From: Yuukianura sp. NJ FZ-2021
Lineage: Eukaryota
DNA length: 64,000 bases
Assembly: GCA_046563655.1 (NCBI GenBank)
Contig: CM102285.1
Location: 2,294,001-2,358,000 of the forward strand
Reading direction: 5' to 3'
Part shown: positions 22,001 to 34,470 of the stretch, piece after piece
How the letters are laid out: each line of letters opens with the position of its first letter
Numbering within the stretch: the stretch's first letter is position 1
Notes under the pieces: model-generated
Database searches by the model: none
The model's input: only the letters and a program-made list of their open reading frames with translations
Told to the model about the DNA's origin: nothing
Made by a program: the position numbers and the translations under genes

Positions 22001-25000
22001 GCTGGAATTAGCCGGCAAACCAGCGCCACTAAATTTCCCAAACGACCACACCAAAAGCCTGTCAATTTTTTAGTACTTTCGGATTTTTGAACTTTTAAAA
22101 GAACGAAATTCAATTTTGTCTAATTTCGACTCTTTATGATGTGATTTTATAATGCTATAAAGTTAGTAGTGTTCCAATTACAATTCGAGAGTGTGGAAAC
22201 TTGTTAACTTGAAGTCATAATAATCTTTTACCACAATCAAAAACCGCAAATGACACTGTAAAAAGTCTTCTAAGGAGATCCAGATGGGTATCCTTGTTAA
22301 CCGAAATTCTAGAAGCTGTAGGATCCGCTTCAACTTCAACTGTCAGCAGTAGTCATCCATCATCACTTTGCTCAGATGAACTTTCCTGGTTCTGCGCATG
22401 TCAAAAACAGAACTTGCTGAGCAGTTGAACTTTTCAGTTTTTAGAACAACTTTAGCATTTTGTGTATTCAAACAAACTTGAAATCCCAACTGAGCCAGGT
22501 AAGTTCTAAGAAAGTTTTCAATTGTTGCTTATAGTTTGCGAAGAGCTTAGCAAAGTGATTATGAACTGCTAGAACTTTGTGGAAATCCAAACAAATGAAT
22601 TTGAGAACTTTCTCTGTAATTAGTTTCCAAGTTTACATTGTGTTTTCGGAACGTCGCGGGGGACACAAAATGTCAAACTTTCTGCTTTTGTTACCTTCCA
22701 AAAGCAATGTTGCCCAATTAGGAAATAACTAATCTGCGGTAGGCATCTTACGTTTACTCAAATTTAGTAATTTTCAAAATTTCTAGATATTCAGAATCGA
22801 AAATTTAGTTTTCGGAGTTTCAGAATATTCAATTTCTATCAAACCGTAAATTTCAAAAACATGAATGATTTCTAAATTTTGAAATGAGGAAATTTTTTGT
22901 AAAGATTGTGTCAGCGATTGTAGATTCATATGCTCTCATTGAAGTGGCGTAAGTTTTTTGGGGCAAAGTGAGACAATGAGTTTCTCTGCAGACGTGAGGC
23001 GGGAGAAATGAAGTTGAATCTTTTGAAAGGGTTTTGGAGAGAAAATTGGCTTTCTCCAAACTCAAACCTAAACTCGTTAACAGAAATTTTCACCTTCCGG
23101 CTTTCTCCTGCTCCTTTTCAAAATAATTTCGTTCCTCTCCTTCAATTTCAGTTTCAAACCTTGCCGGGTCTTCTGCTGGCGGAAATCCTCATTTTGAAGG
23201 AAAAGGGAGATGAATAAGCTTTACACCCTCCCCTCTCTTTTAAGCTCAGTTTTTAGTTTTGACTCGGAGCAGCTTTTGATCAAACCAGAAGCAAAACTTT
23301 TCTTGGATTTGCTTAAATCTCCTTTTTTTAAATTGTGACAAGGGCAACTTTCCTGTTCAAACACCGAAAGCAAGTTCATCTTCAAATCAAACCTTCGAGC
23401 TATTCTTCTTTAATAAGATTTCTCTGACGCTTTCCCTTCGAGGCTTTCTTTTCCAAAAATCCAACCATCCAAGGAAAATTATGAGTAACATCTACTCCCA
23501 ATTCCCTTGACAATTGGCACTTGTAAACATTGATTGCAACATGACGCATGCTCGGTGTACCTGGTTGAAATGAACTGGAACTTACACGGTTGTATCCACC
23601 ATCAACAAGTTACAAACCCCCTTGTGCCAATCCACTGTGTGTATTTGTTACTGCTACAAGGTGATTTGGTTGAAAAAAATTTCAACTAAGCTAAATCCAG
23701 TTTTTTTTAAAAACAAAAAGTTTGAAATTGACCAAAAACTGACTGGCTAAATTGGTCTTCCAATTTTTGGGTTTGAAAAATTTTCTTGTTGTCAATCAGT
23801 TACATGAACAACAGTTAAAAGCTGAAAAAAGGTTCATTTTGAAATCGAAATGTATTTGAAGTTGATTTTTTACAGTTTTTACAACACAAAAAAGTTAAGG
23901 GAAAATATTTTTGCAGTTTAATGAAATGCTAAAGATTAAGTTGCACGTTCTATTCACTTCCACTTGCTACATAAAAAAAATCGCGCGCAGAAGAGCCATG
24001 CTTTTTAATAGAAGCGTTTTCTAATTTTCTTTCATTTTCACACGCTTGTCTTCTTCCCCCAATTTTAATTGGGTTTCTAAACGCTATCTTCCAACTTTCT
24101 ACATTAAGGCACTTTGGAAGCACTGAGCAGCACATCGTTTTACACTAATTCTAAACGACGGAAAGAAAAGAAGACATTTCGAAATTTCAGAATGGGAGGA
24201 AATCTTTTTCAGAACTTTTTTTTAGTTCAACTGTTTGGCAGAATACACCGAAAAACCTATTTTCCACGTGCACACATGGCAAGTTTTTATTGCAGAAGGA
24301 TTTTGTTGTCGTTCGTTGTCAAATTTTACTCCTATGTTGCAAGTTTTCGTTAACAAAAGTTTTCAAAGAGAGAACAAGTTTAAGTGTTGTAAAAATCCAA
24401 AACGCACCTTCAATTATTCTTCCGCACGCAACACCTTTAAGTTTCGGCTTTACTTTGTTCTCTTATGTTAGTGTTGTTCCCAAGTTTGTAATATGAGAAG
24501 CACTTTGGAGAATTGGAAAATGGTTGTTCGGAAAGTCTTAATTGCCTAACCCCTGCACACATTTGGCGGTTAGTTATGTTCGGCACTTAAAATTATTCGA
24601 AACCAAAATTTCAAATTCCGTGACACAATTGGCGGGCTACAGCACGTCCCTACTCCATATTCACAGCCCTTGAACTTGAGTGTTGTTGCAAAACATAGTT
24701 CTAGCATTGAACCTTGAATTCAGTAATATTTCCTCTTATAGCATCTTTGTTGTTGTTTTTTTCTAAAGCCACGCGCACACTGCAAAATTTAGTCAAAGAA
24801 TAACATAAAGCCTAACGAAAACACAAACGCAAGTTTTGATTTTCGTACAACATTTACTTAAAAAACGAAAAGAAACGTTGCTTTAATATTTCCACCAAAA
24901 AACTTAATTTTCTTGTTTGTTTTTTTTATCTCGCGCTCGAAGCGCGGATTCATCATTCATTATTTGATAACTACCGATTTGGTGCGGAGTTAAGAAATAC

Positions 25001-25830
25001 AAATCGTATTTTACGTACTGCATAAATAATTTAAGAAAACGGCAGAACCTTTGTGTTGGCGATTTCGCGTTTTTTTTCTCTGTGCGTTGGATTTTTGACA
25101 ATTTGAGGTTTATAAACTTTTGTGTGAAGAAGGCTTTAGATGAAATTTTTTTTAATGAAATTATAATTCGGAACGCGTTGGTAATCGTAGAAGTGCAGAC
25201 CCTGCACCTGAGTTTGACAATTTGAATTTCCCTCGTCAAAAAGAAAAGAGGGGAGCGGAGAGCGACGTCTGATGAAGGAAGTGCCAAGGAAAGATGATGG
25301 ATGGACCTGTAATGTTTGTTTGCTACCCAAATGTATTCATGCATGCTTCTTTTCCTTTCACTTCAATTCACAATTTCCCGCCACTACGAACAGTCACTTC
25401 AACAACACGCATGCATTTCCCTCTTTTACGAAACCATACATGCATGCTCTCTCCAGTTTTCGTCGGATTCAAAACCCAAAAGCGCCAAAAGACCAACAAA
25501 AACTGGACTCGATCCGAAACCGAAAGCCCAAAAAGCTGTTTCGCTTCATCGCAGCGGACCCCTTTGCTGTGATGATGACGCTTTTCACAAAATTTGTTGT
25601 TGACCACGCACACCATAACTCTAACATACCTTAAAACCTAACATAACTCCCCACCCCTACCCCCATTTTGGGATGAATGTGGTGGGGTGCAAGGTTCGTA
25701 AACAAAAAGAACACTTTTCTACACCAGGTTCTCCAATAACTCGAAGTTTTAAAATTTGTTTTTTGAAAGTAGCAAATTTGCCTTTCTATGGTAATTTTGG
25801 CCTGTAATTTAAACGGGATTGGTGGTGTTA

Positions 25831-25928
25831 AATTGGTGCTAAAACTTGCTTGAAGCAAGATTTTTGAAAACCCTGAGTTATTGGACAACCTGCTGTAGGA
25901 AATACAATTCGGTTGTCATAGAACCTTG
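25831..25928 (+). repeat. Dispersed repeat fragment (inverted copy at ~49127-49224)
   Basis: aattggtgctaaa...aaaaccctgagttattggacaacctgctgtaggaaatacaattc...aaccttg matches the reverse complement of 49127-49224 with scattered mismatches. Confidence 0.75.
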
Positions 25929-28900
25929 GTGGGGTGCTAGTAAAGTGAACGTAATCTGTAAACGAATCTTCGAATCTCGTGAGTTGAAACTCTCGTGATC
26001 TCGGAAACCAAAATCTTTCAATGCCATTACTCTCTTTGGTTTCATTTTTGACAAAAATTGATGGCATTATGAAAATTAGGTTTGTGCTTTTGCGCGCCAG
26101 GATTTGAAAATTTTGAAAAGGCCTGGGAAAGACCCTGCGTTTCCGGTTTGTAGTTATTTGAAGGGAAGCAAGGCGACAGTTGGGACGGGAGAGACTTTAA
26201 GTCACCCTGACATTGACTCCGTTTCCTGGAATTGGAGATAATGACATGGCGGTTGTAGGGGCGGGAAAAGTCTGGATTTGAAATTTTGAATTTTTTTTTA
26301 ACTAAATCCCACTTCTACTTTCAAACTCATCCCACATTACAGCCATCTCAGTCACTCAAACTTCGGAGGCGGGTAGTTTCGGTTTTGTAACTTTTCAAAA
26401 TTTCAAAGTATTTCTTCAAGTTCTGTTTAGATTGGAGTTGGTTAAGGTAGTGTATCTCTGAAATTAAAAAAAAACTGAAAATATCAATTTCAATTTTTTT
26501 TCTAAAATTCTTTTCAGAGTTTGTAGAGTTGAGTGTGACCTTCATTAAAGCTCGAAGTGTGGAAGTGATTGACATCTATTCTCCGTTTTCTACGGTTTTC
26601 CGGGTGAAATGTCTCGCAACGGCACGCTGAATTACGGAGTCATTAGGCTGATGTCCTCTTACCCGGATTTTACATGTTCTGTTACCCGGGTATTTTTTTT
26701 CTGTTCCATCGGAATCTGCCATTCCTTTCCCTCACTCAAATCCCTTTTTCCTCCTAATCTACCATCACATGCCTTGGAAAAACAATTCCAAAGGAATTCA
26801 AGAAGAAACATCCAGAAGTTCCTAGAAGCTTAGCCTTTTCTTCAGTACACAAAAGAATTGGATTAACTTGTAGCTTAGGAGGCACAGAAACATTCCGAAT
26901 TTGAACCCTCCCTCGCATCATTCCAACGGAGATAGGGAAGCATTATTTGTACAATGAAAGCTAGACGATCATTTCCTTTTAGAAAGAAAAAGCTCTAAAA
27001 CTGTCGTCGTCTTATACAGTTTCGGATGTAAATGAAGTGACATTAGACTTAGCTACGGATTCGTCCGTTTCGTCTGACATCACCCAGAGCTAAATCGCAG
27101 AAAACAGAAATTATAAAGTGGGATGTCACTTTTAATTTGTTTCTTCGCGCCTTTTTAATTGAAGAAAATACCATCTTACACTTGCTCATTCTTAACAACA
27201 TTGTGTGTAACTTAGGAAGAATTTGTTTCCGGCACAAAGCAGTTTTGCGCAGAAGCAGTCACGCTCCAAACGTGGTTCTGCGGAAGCGTCTTGTAGAGAT
27301 GGATTGTTTGCGAAGATTGAATTTTGAAAATTGAAAAAAATCGTCTCGAATTTTTGGTTTTTCAACTTGCAAATTTTCTGAAAAGTTTGGGAAAGACTGA
27401 CAAGGGATTGGTTTTCATTCAGTGCTACCAAAAATGGTTTGAAGAGTACAAAAAATTCTTAATTTTTTTCTTTTATGTATTTCTTGTCAGATTTTTTTTT
27501 TGAATTTTCGAACTCTTTTGGATGTTGAGTGAAGTGGGAAATATGTAGTAAAAAGTGTTTAAAAAAACTTATGTAGAGACGAAAAGGAATTCAAATAAAG
27601 TGCAAGAAATGGAGTAGCAGATCGGTCTCATCAGTGAAGTCATCTGTCTGTCCAGTCGTTGACAGACAAAGAGAAGCAGAGTGCTATAGCAGAACTGTTC
27701 CAAAACTTTTTCTAAATTGTAAAATCTTAGAAAAAATGGCATAGTGCATTCCTGTTCAACTGAAGTGCAGCTTAACCCATGAATCTCTGCCAAATTCAAT
27801 TATACGTAATCCTCATCTGACTAAAAAATACTCCATTCCGTAGAAAATACTCATTCAGAAAAGTGTGCATTTGTTTACGTTCTTTTCTTTTGAAGTTAAA
27901 AGTTTATAAATACACCAACAACTCATGTCTTTCACTAAAACAAACAAAAAAAAGCAGCTTTCTAAAATTTCTTTTATTATTTCAATTTCTGCAAAAAAAA
28001 AAATTACGATGCTATTTTTTTTCTTAAAATCTTTCTTGTTTTTTTTTTGAAAGAAATTACATTCTTTCCTAAAAATTCACAAAAATTCTATTCTACTACA
28101 AATTTACATGACAAAGATAGTCAACAAAAATACTTCTTTGCTCAGGAACAACTTCCGGTAAGTTTTGTTTTCTAAGGATTTCATTTTTGTATACTCAAAA
28201 ACTCCAGACCCGAAATTTCGTAGTTGTCAAGCACTTTGTAACAATTGAAAACTTAAAAAATAAAATTTAAATATCCGAAATTTTTTGGTCGAGTGACACC
28301 GAATTGACAAGGCATTTCTACGGTGTCATTTGGGCGTTTTACTTCTGCAAGAAAAACGGAATCTGAAGAAGAAATAATTTTAGAGCTTTGCAGCGGAAGA
28401 CTAAAAGTTGGTAGCCATGTGTTGGAATTGTCTTGAAAATGACAAGGAAAAGCATCTGCAAAGCAAGGAAAGGCTCATCAGCTCATCTTACCAAATCCTT
28501 CACGTAGTTAGCATACGAAGTACAGCCGAATTTTCTACTTTAGGCCCAAACAGGAATTCGTGGTTTTCGAAACCGATTTGTTAAATTCTATTTCTTGTTC
28601 TAATACAATATAATCCCACTTCAGATGGAACAAGCCACTTCGGTGGGAAGTGGGATTAAATTGTCACCAAGTAATAAATTTCACAACACCTTCCTCCGCT
28701 ATCTCCTCTTCCAATTTTGAAACAACTGTTTCCGAAATTTGATAAATTCAAGAAAGTAAAAAAGAATAAACAAGGAAAGCAACGAATTTTTTTGCTCCGC
28801 ATTTCTCTTGAACGTTGAAAATTTTTATTCTACCCCCACATACGGGTTAATTTCAAATTTTGGATTAAAATCTGTTAATTATTTAAAAGGAATAAAAAAT

Positions 28901-31900
28901 TGTGAATCTGAAACTGGCTTGTATTTTAATTTTTGAAAAAAATTGCACTTTATTTGAAAATTTTTACCACAATTAGGATTTGTACGCCCATTAAAAAAAA
29001 ACTGAAGTCTGACACCGTTTGGTGAATCAGCCTCTTATCATTTGATTTAACGTCGTTATGTTTGTCCAGTTGGGCAAAAGTGGAATGACGAAGTGTTTGG
29101 GAAGATGCAGATGCAGTTTTTGAATGCACTTTCAGATTTTTTCAGCCAGAGCTAGAGCTGCAGTTTGATGAAATGACTGAAAGTGAAAGTGCATTAAGTG
29201 AAAGTGGGAAATACAAAAGAGTCACTTGGGAACTGATTTCCTATGTTAACCCTTGTACTAAACTGTAGTGTAGAGGCGTCAAAACTAAAGTAAAGCAAGG
29301 GAGCGCAGTAGGAAGCCCTTCAGAAGCATCTACTTTTCCAATTTCCCTTTTAACAGAAGAATCAAAGACTTTAATTGCATTTCCTCAGCGTGTCAAATTC
29401 AAAATGTACCGCCATTCACTCCATTCCCCGCCATTTCCCAAAATTACTTCAGCGCCAATCCTCGGATTTTTAAATTTCGACTTATCGACGCTAACCAGTA
29501 TTACTCTGGTCAACAAACATCTCAAAATGTTCCATTTCAGTTTTTTTATTAAAAGTATGTTGATTCTCGAAGAATTCCACCAAATTTAAATTTTCAAATC
29601 AATTTTACCTTCTAAAATTTAAAACCCGAGTTCTCCAATTTTCATATTTTGTGTTCCATTATTTCAAATTTTTCTTCCGAAAATTTGTGTTGGAATTGAA
29701 AAACTTCTCCATAAAATGAAACGATTTCAGAGCTTTTTTTATTTTTTTTTTTTGAAAAGGAAAAACTTAGAAATTGATCGGAAATTGAACAATTTGGAAG
29801 GAGTTGCGTGCGTGTCACTCAAAAAGTAGAACAGCTCTCATGGAGGTATAGAGCAGAAGTTGTCCATCTATGGCATGGCGTGTTTGTCTGTCTTTTATGA
29901 TACATCAGCAGGACAGACAGTTGTCAGAGTTGGGAAAATTCTGGCAATCGGAGTATGGGTTCCAATTTCAAAAAAGTTTGATTAATTCCTTTCCTGGAAT
30001 CCTTCTTTTCCATTGTTAGTTTGTGAAAGAAGACGAATGAGGGTGAGGGATGTGAGAGTAACTTGTGATTCTGGTGGGATTGATTCTTGTGGAGATTAGA
30101 TGTGTTCTATGATTGTGTCGAAGTGTGAGGGGGGCCCTTTGGATCTTAAGGAAATGACAGTGACAAGGATATCGAGAGGGACTCAATTGAATGGAAAATG
30201 AGGAGCCTTAAGAGGCTTAACTTCCTCGTCCTGCTTTTGTCCAAAGATGACTTCCATCTCGGATCTCCATTTTCTATTTTCTACTGAAAAAATAACTTCC
30301 CTAGCCCATGTACTGCTCCACTTGAAAAAGTTAAGGAAGCTGCGAACGAGGGGTCACACCCTCCTAACTGCATCTGACAGCTCGGTCGTTGGGTTTTGGA
30401 TGATGATGGAACAGGAGTTCTTTTATGCCAAGGTCAAAACTTATTTCCTCACACGGAGTGACACTTAAGGGCCCCACTTCTCAAAAATTTAAGTTCATAA
30501 GTGGGCAAGTCGCACTCTTTCTAGTTTCGGTTTAGTTTTTTTTAAATCCAAAAAAAAATACTCAGAGTGCTGCATCAGAATTACACACTTTATTTTTAAG
30601 TTCAAATTCAAAAATTCAAATTTCTAACACAAATTGACAAACTAAAACATGAGGAAAAAACCTGCTGTTACTAAACCTTCGACTAGAAGCTATTCTTGAC
30701 ATTTCGAAAACTTGATTTTTCAAAATTTTGAAAATTTTTACTGCATGCCGCGTTAGTAAGGTCATGTTTAGGTGATGGGAAGAGTGAGGGCACTTTGCCC
30801 GTGTATATTTTGGTTTGATGTGGATTTTGAGTTGTCGATAATAGAAAGTGGTTCTAATCTTTGAAAAGCTCAAGAACGCCAGATTTGAAATTGAAAATGT
30901 AAAGGGTCAAAAGCTTTGAAAATTTTCAAAAAGTAGTTTTTGAACACGAAGTATGTGCTCTCTTTTTACAACCCAGCAAATAAATAAACCTAACCTAAGT
31001 TTAATAATTTAATGTAGAGTACAATTGGAGCCAATCAGGATTAGCTTTTTGTGTGAAACGTTTAATTACAAGTGACATCTCCAGTCTCCCAGGAACCCAG
31101 AAATCCGAAACTACTAGTCAATTTAATTAAAACCTTTCACGCATTTCCACTTCCCCTTCCAAAACCAAAGGACAGTGACCAAAGTAAAGTCCGTTTGAGG
31201 TTACATTTCGACATGGATTAGGTTATGTTAGGCTAGGTTTGAAATGGGATTAGAGGCTTTGGAATAGTTCAAGTCCCAGACTTCACACCCGCTAATTAGC
31301 AACACTAAATCTACTTTGGTGCATCAGTCACACAAGTTCTCATGTTGTCACGTCAAAGCTTGCAGAATTTTGAAACCTTATTTTTAAAGGTGTATTTTCA
31401 AAAATCATTCCGCAACGATTCCTGTTTTACTTTGATTAGACTGGTTTTAAAATTTTGTAATCAAAAAGATACTTTTGCTTGGATGTACGCTAAGCTGCTT
31501 TCGAAATCCAAATTACAAAATTTTGGCGTCAAATAGTAAAACTTTTTTTTAAAACAGGCAGAGTTTGAGTTTTTTACGGCTGAGGAGAAAACATTTACTT
31601 TTTGCATTTACGTCAGCAATTGCATTTGCTAGGCGTAACGTGGTGTAGGTGAAATTTAATGTTGGCTAAAAGCTTTTGGCAATGCTACAGTTAGAGAAAA
31701 GTTGAAGTAAAGTTACAAAGGTAAATGGATCCCAGGGGTGAAATTAATGCAGATATGGTTCCATATAAGAAAAATATATTTTGGAATATCCAATTTCAAG
31801 TGAATCGAATAAGCACATGAGGATGCCCTGCCCTTGTTATTGAAAAACAAATGCCCAACTCAGAACACACAAATAACGCATTGAGTGCCCAACCCTAAAT

Positions 31901-32484
31901 TAATCCATCACACGAAGTAGACATTTTTATGGGAAAGTAATTTTCCAAACACGTGACTGCTACGCAGAAAAAAATACAAAGCAATTGGAATTGATCAAAA
32001 CTTTCACGAACTGAATTGAGCTAGGGTAAGAAATTCACAAAAAAAAATTATGTCGTTGGAAGATTTTTTTTTATAAAATGCTGAAGAACTCGAAGTTGTA
32101 ACAATAGGCAATGGAAAAACGCCAAGAATTTTTTCAAGGAAGAAGGTGTGGCTGGAAAGATGCGAGAAGCGCGGAAGCGTTTCGAAACGCTTTTGAAAAT
32201 CAGCGGTTTGTTACAAAATGTCAACTTGACAAGAAGCGCTTTCCAAAGCACTGCGGAGACATTGACAGGAAAACAAGGTTTTCAGCCAGAACGAAACTCC
32301 AGCAGCCCACCACACTTCTTGACTTTCACTTTTCCTTATTACATGAAAAAGGTGTGGCTGGAAATACAGCATGTACCGAAATAAACTCGCCTCTTTAGTT
32401 TTAAAGCAACATTTTGACATAAAGTTTATTATATTTCATCGTTTTCAAAAATTTTAGGCTATATTTTTGATAGTTTTAATAAAT

Positions 32485-33870
32485 TTATTGTGTTCCCTTC
32501 TCGCACTTGCCCGTACCCCCAAATCGTGTAGGGATGGTGTCAAGGTCAATGGTTTTTGCCAGTTCCTGTGTCCACTGTGCCCGGTTGCTTCCAAAAACCA
32601 TAAAGGCTTCTCGTGTTGACGGAGACATCAATGGCTTCATGACAGCCACTACCGGTTGAAAAACTAATGGAGCTGAAATTTCAAATTTCAATAACGTTCA
32701 AATTCAAAAATTTTGAGTTTAGGTTGTTTTTAAACTTTTTGAACATTGCAACCATATGCTGTCAATTCCTTGCCTTACCGTTGGCACAAATCATCCTGTA
32801 GTAGTTGTAGGGATAGTACATCTCATGATCTGTCACCCATGACACGAAAAATGGAATACCTAGAATATGTGAAATTTTTTTTTACTAAAAAGTATTCACA
32901 TTTTTATTTGATTTACAGTTTAAAAAAAATAGTTTTAATTTGACGTTACATGAGATGCAAGCTCCTTTAGACCAGGAAAATCCACTCATTTCTCCAAAAA
33001 CCATACTTGTAGAATCTCCGGTAAGATTAAAGGAAAGTTGAGCTGTTGATTCTTCCAACCAATGCATGTATTGCGTCAGTTCAGATCTTTTTCCCTCTCT
33101 TGCTTTTTTGCGTATGTCCCACTCACCAAAGGGCACAAAGGCAACTTTACAAACGAAAAAGATAATTAAAAATTAAACAAATACTTATTACTATATTAAA
33201 CGTATTGATATAATTTATAGACAAAAGTTTGTGAAATTGGAACTTACTGGGAGCTCCATTACGATCTCGAAACGACAAATCAATCACATACTCTTTGGTG
33301 AATTCAGGTGAAAATATTTTAGTTGGCAGCTCGTCTATGCCTTGAGACTTTCTCCACTCCAATGTCTGAAACATTTTGCACCATTTTTTTGTTCAACTTT
33401 ATCAAAAGCACTTTTTATCATAATGTCTTTGTTATATCTCCTTACTTTCTCTAAACCTTTGATGGCCTGATCAGCGTTGAAGTTTTTAGCTATGGAAACA
33501 ATTTTTATGGCATTTTTCTTCTTATGTCAATATTCTTTGTTTTAAAATATTTTTGATTTCGGTTTCACCTTTGACCCACTTTACCAAATATGCATCGGAC
33601 TGCATGTACCGTGCTGTTAGCTTGTGACCTATAGCCTCCCTCAACTGTAGATCGTCAAAAATTCATTTAAAAATTAACTACTGGTTTCATGAATTTTCAT
33701 TTTTAATTTTGAATTTCATGAATGTTAAAAAAAAAGCATTACGTAGCAGAACTAACCTTTTCCACAGCGGCTTTTTCTTTAGCCGTCAGAATTGGTGGTT
33801 TTCCCTCAGCTAAAGTTTGGATCAAGCAAAACACGACGAAAGAAATTTCCAAAAACGTTGTTGAAACCAT
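32485..33870 (-). CDS. CRAL-TRIO/SEC14-like lipid-binding protein with predicted signal peptide, ~7 exons
   Basis: MVSTTFLEISFVVFCLIQTLAEG hydrophobic leader. CRAL-TRIO-N motif DAYLVKWVK|AKNFN...LEWRK, then DRNGAP...PFGEWD, YYP...ICAN|APLVFQPVVAVMKPLMS and the terminal IPTRFGG motif. Confidence 0.85.
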
Positions 33871-34344
33871 TTCGAAAAATACCAAACCACAAACCCTGGT
33901 CCCCGAAAATTCAGAAACTATTCTAATCACTTGCCCGAACTGAACTAATCATTTCATGACTCCTCAGTTTAGACGTTGGTATCATGTTGCATTATCACTG
34001 AATTAAAAAAATTCTGAAAACGTGTTTTTTCAGTCAATAAAACTGATGGGTTCTATAAACTCTTTAAACCTCTGCAATGTTAATAAACTTTTAATATTTC
34101 AGGTTTACATACAAAGTGAACCGGATTTCATTTTAGTTAAAAAACAACAAACAAAATCAAATATATGTTGAATTTTTATACAGTTTTTTGAATTTTGGAA
34201 TGTAAATTTTATCTAAATTTATGTTAGTTATCCTAAGGAATATGAAAAATGAAATATTTTCTCACTGTTTGTGAAAATTTGTGAACCACCTTGTACAAAC
34301 TGAAGCATTTTTCGCTCCGCTACTTCCGTGATTCGCTCCAACGA

Positions 34345-34470
34345 TTCTATTGGTTTCTCACTTCGTTTTCAAATAGCGCCGTTGCTTGGCAACACCCACT
34401 ACGATGACTTGCCAGTTTATTAAACATAATAACTTCGTGTAGAAATGAAAATCGGTCAAGCGCATGCGTT
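34345..34470 (+). promoter_or_regulatory. Candidate promoter with RFX X-box-like, NRF1/Ewg-like and CCAAT motifs
   Basis: GTTGCTTGGCAAC at 34381-34393, GCGCATGCG at 34460-34468, ATTGG at ~34349, and a possible splice donor (GTAAGC) at ~34656. Confidence 0.35.

Noticed and set aside
19100-32400. Numerous 60-150 aa ORFs in the long non-coding stretch
   Set aside because: Low-complexity K/F-rich translations typical of AT-rich non-coding DNA, with no domain motifs or consistent exon chains.
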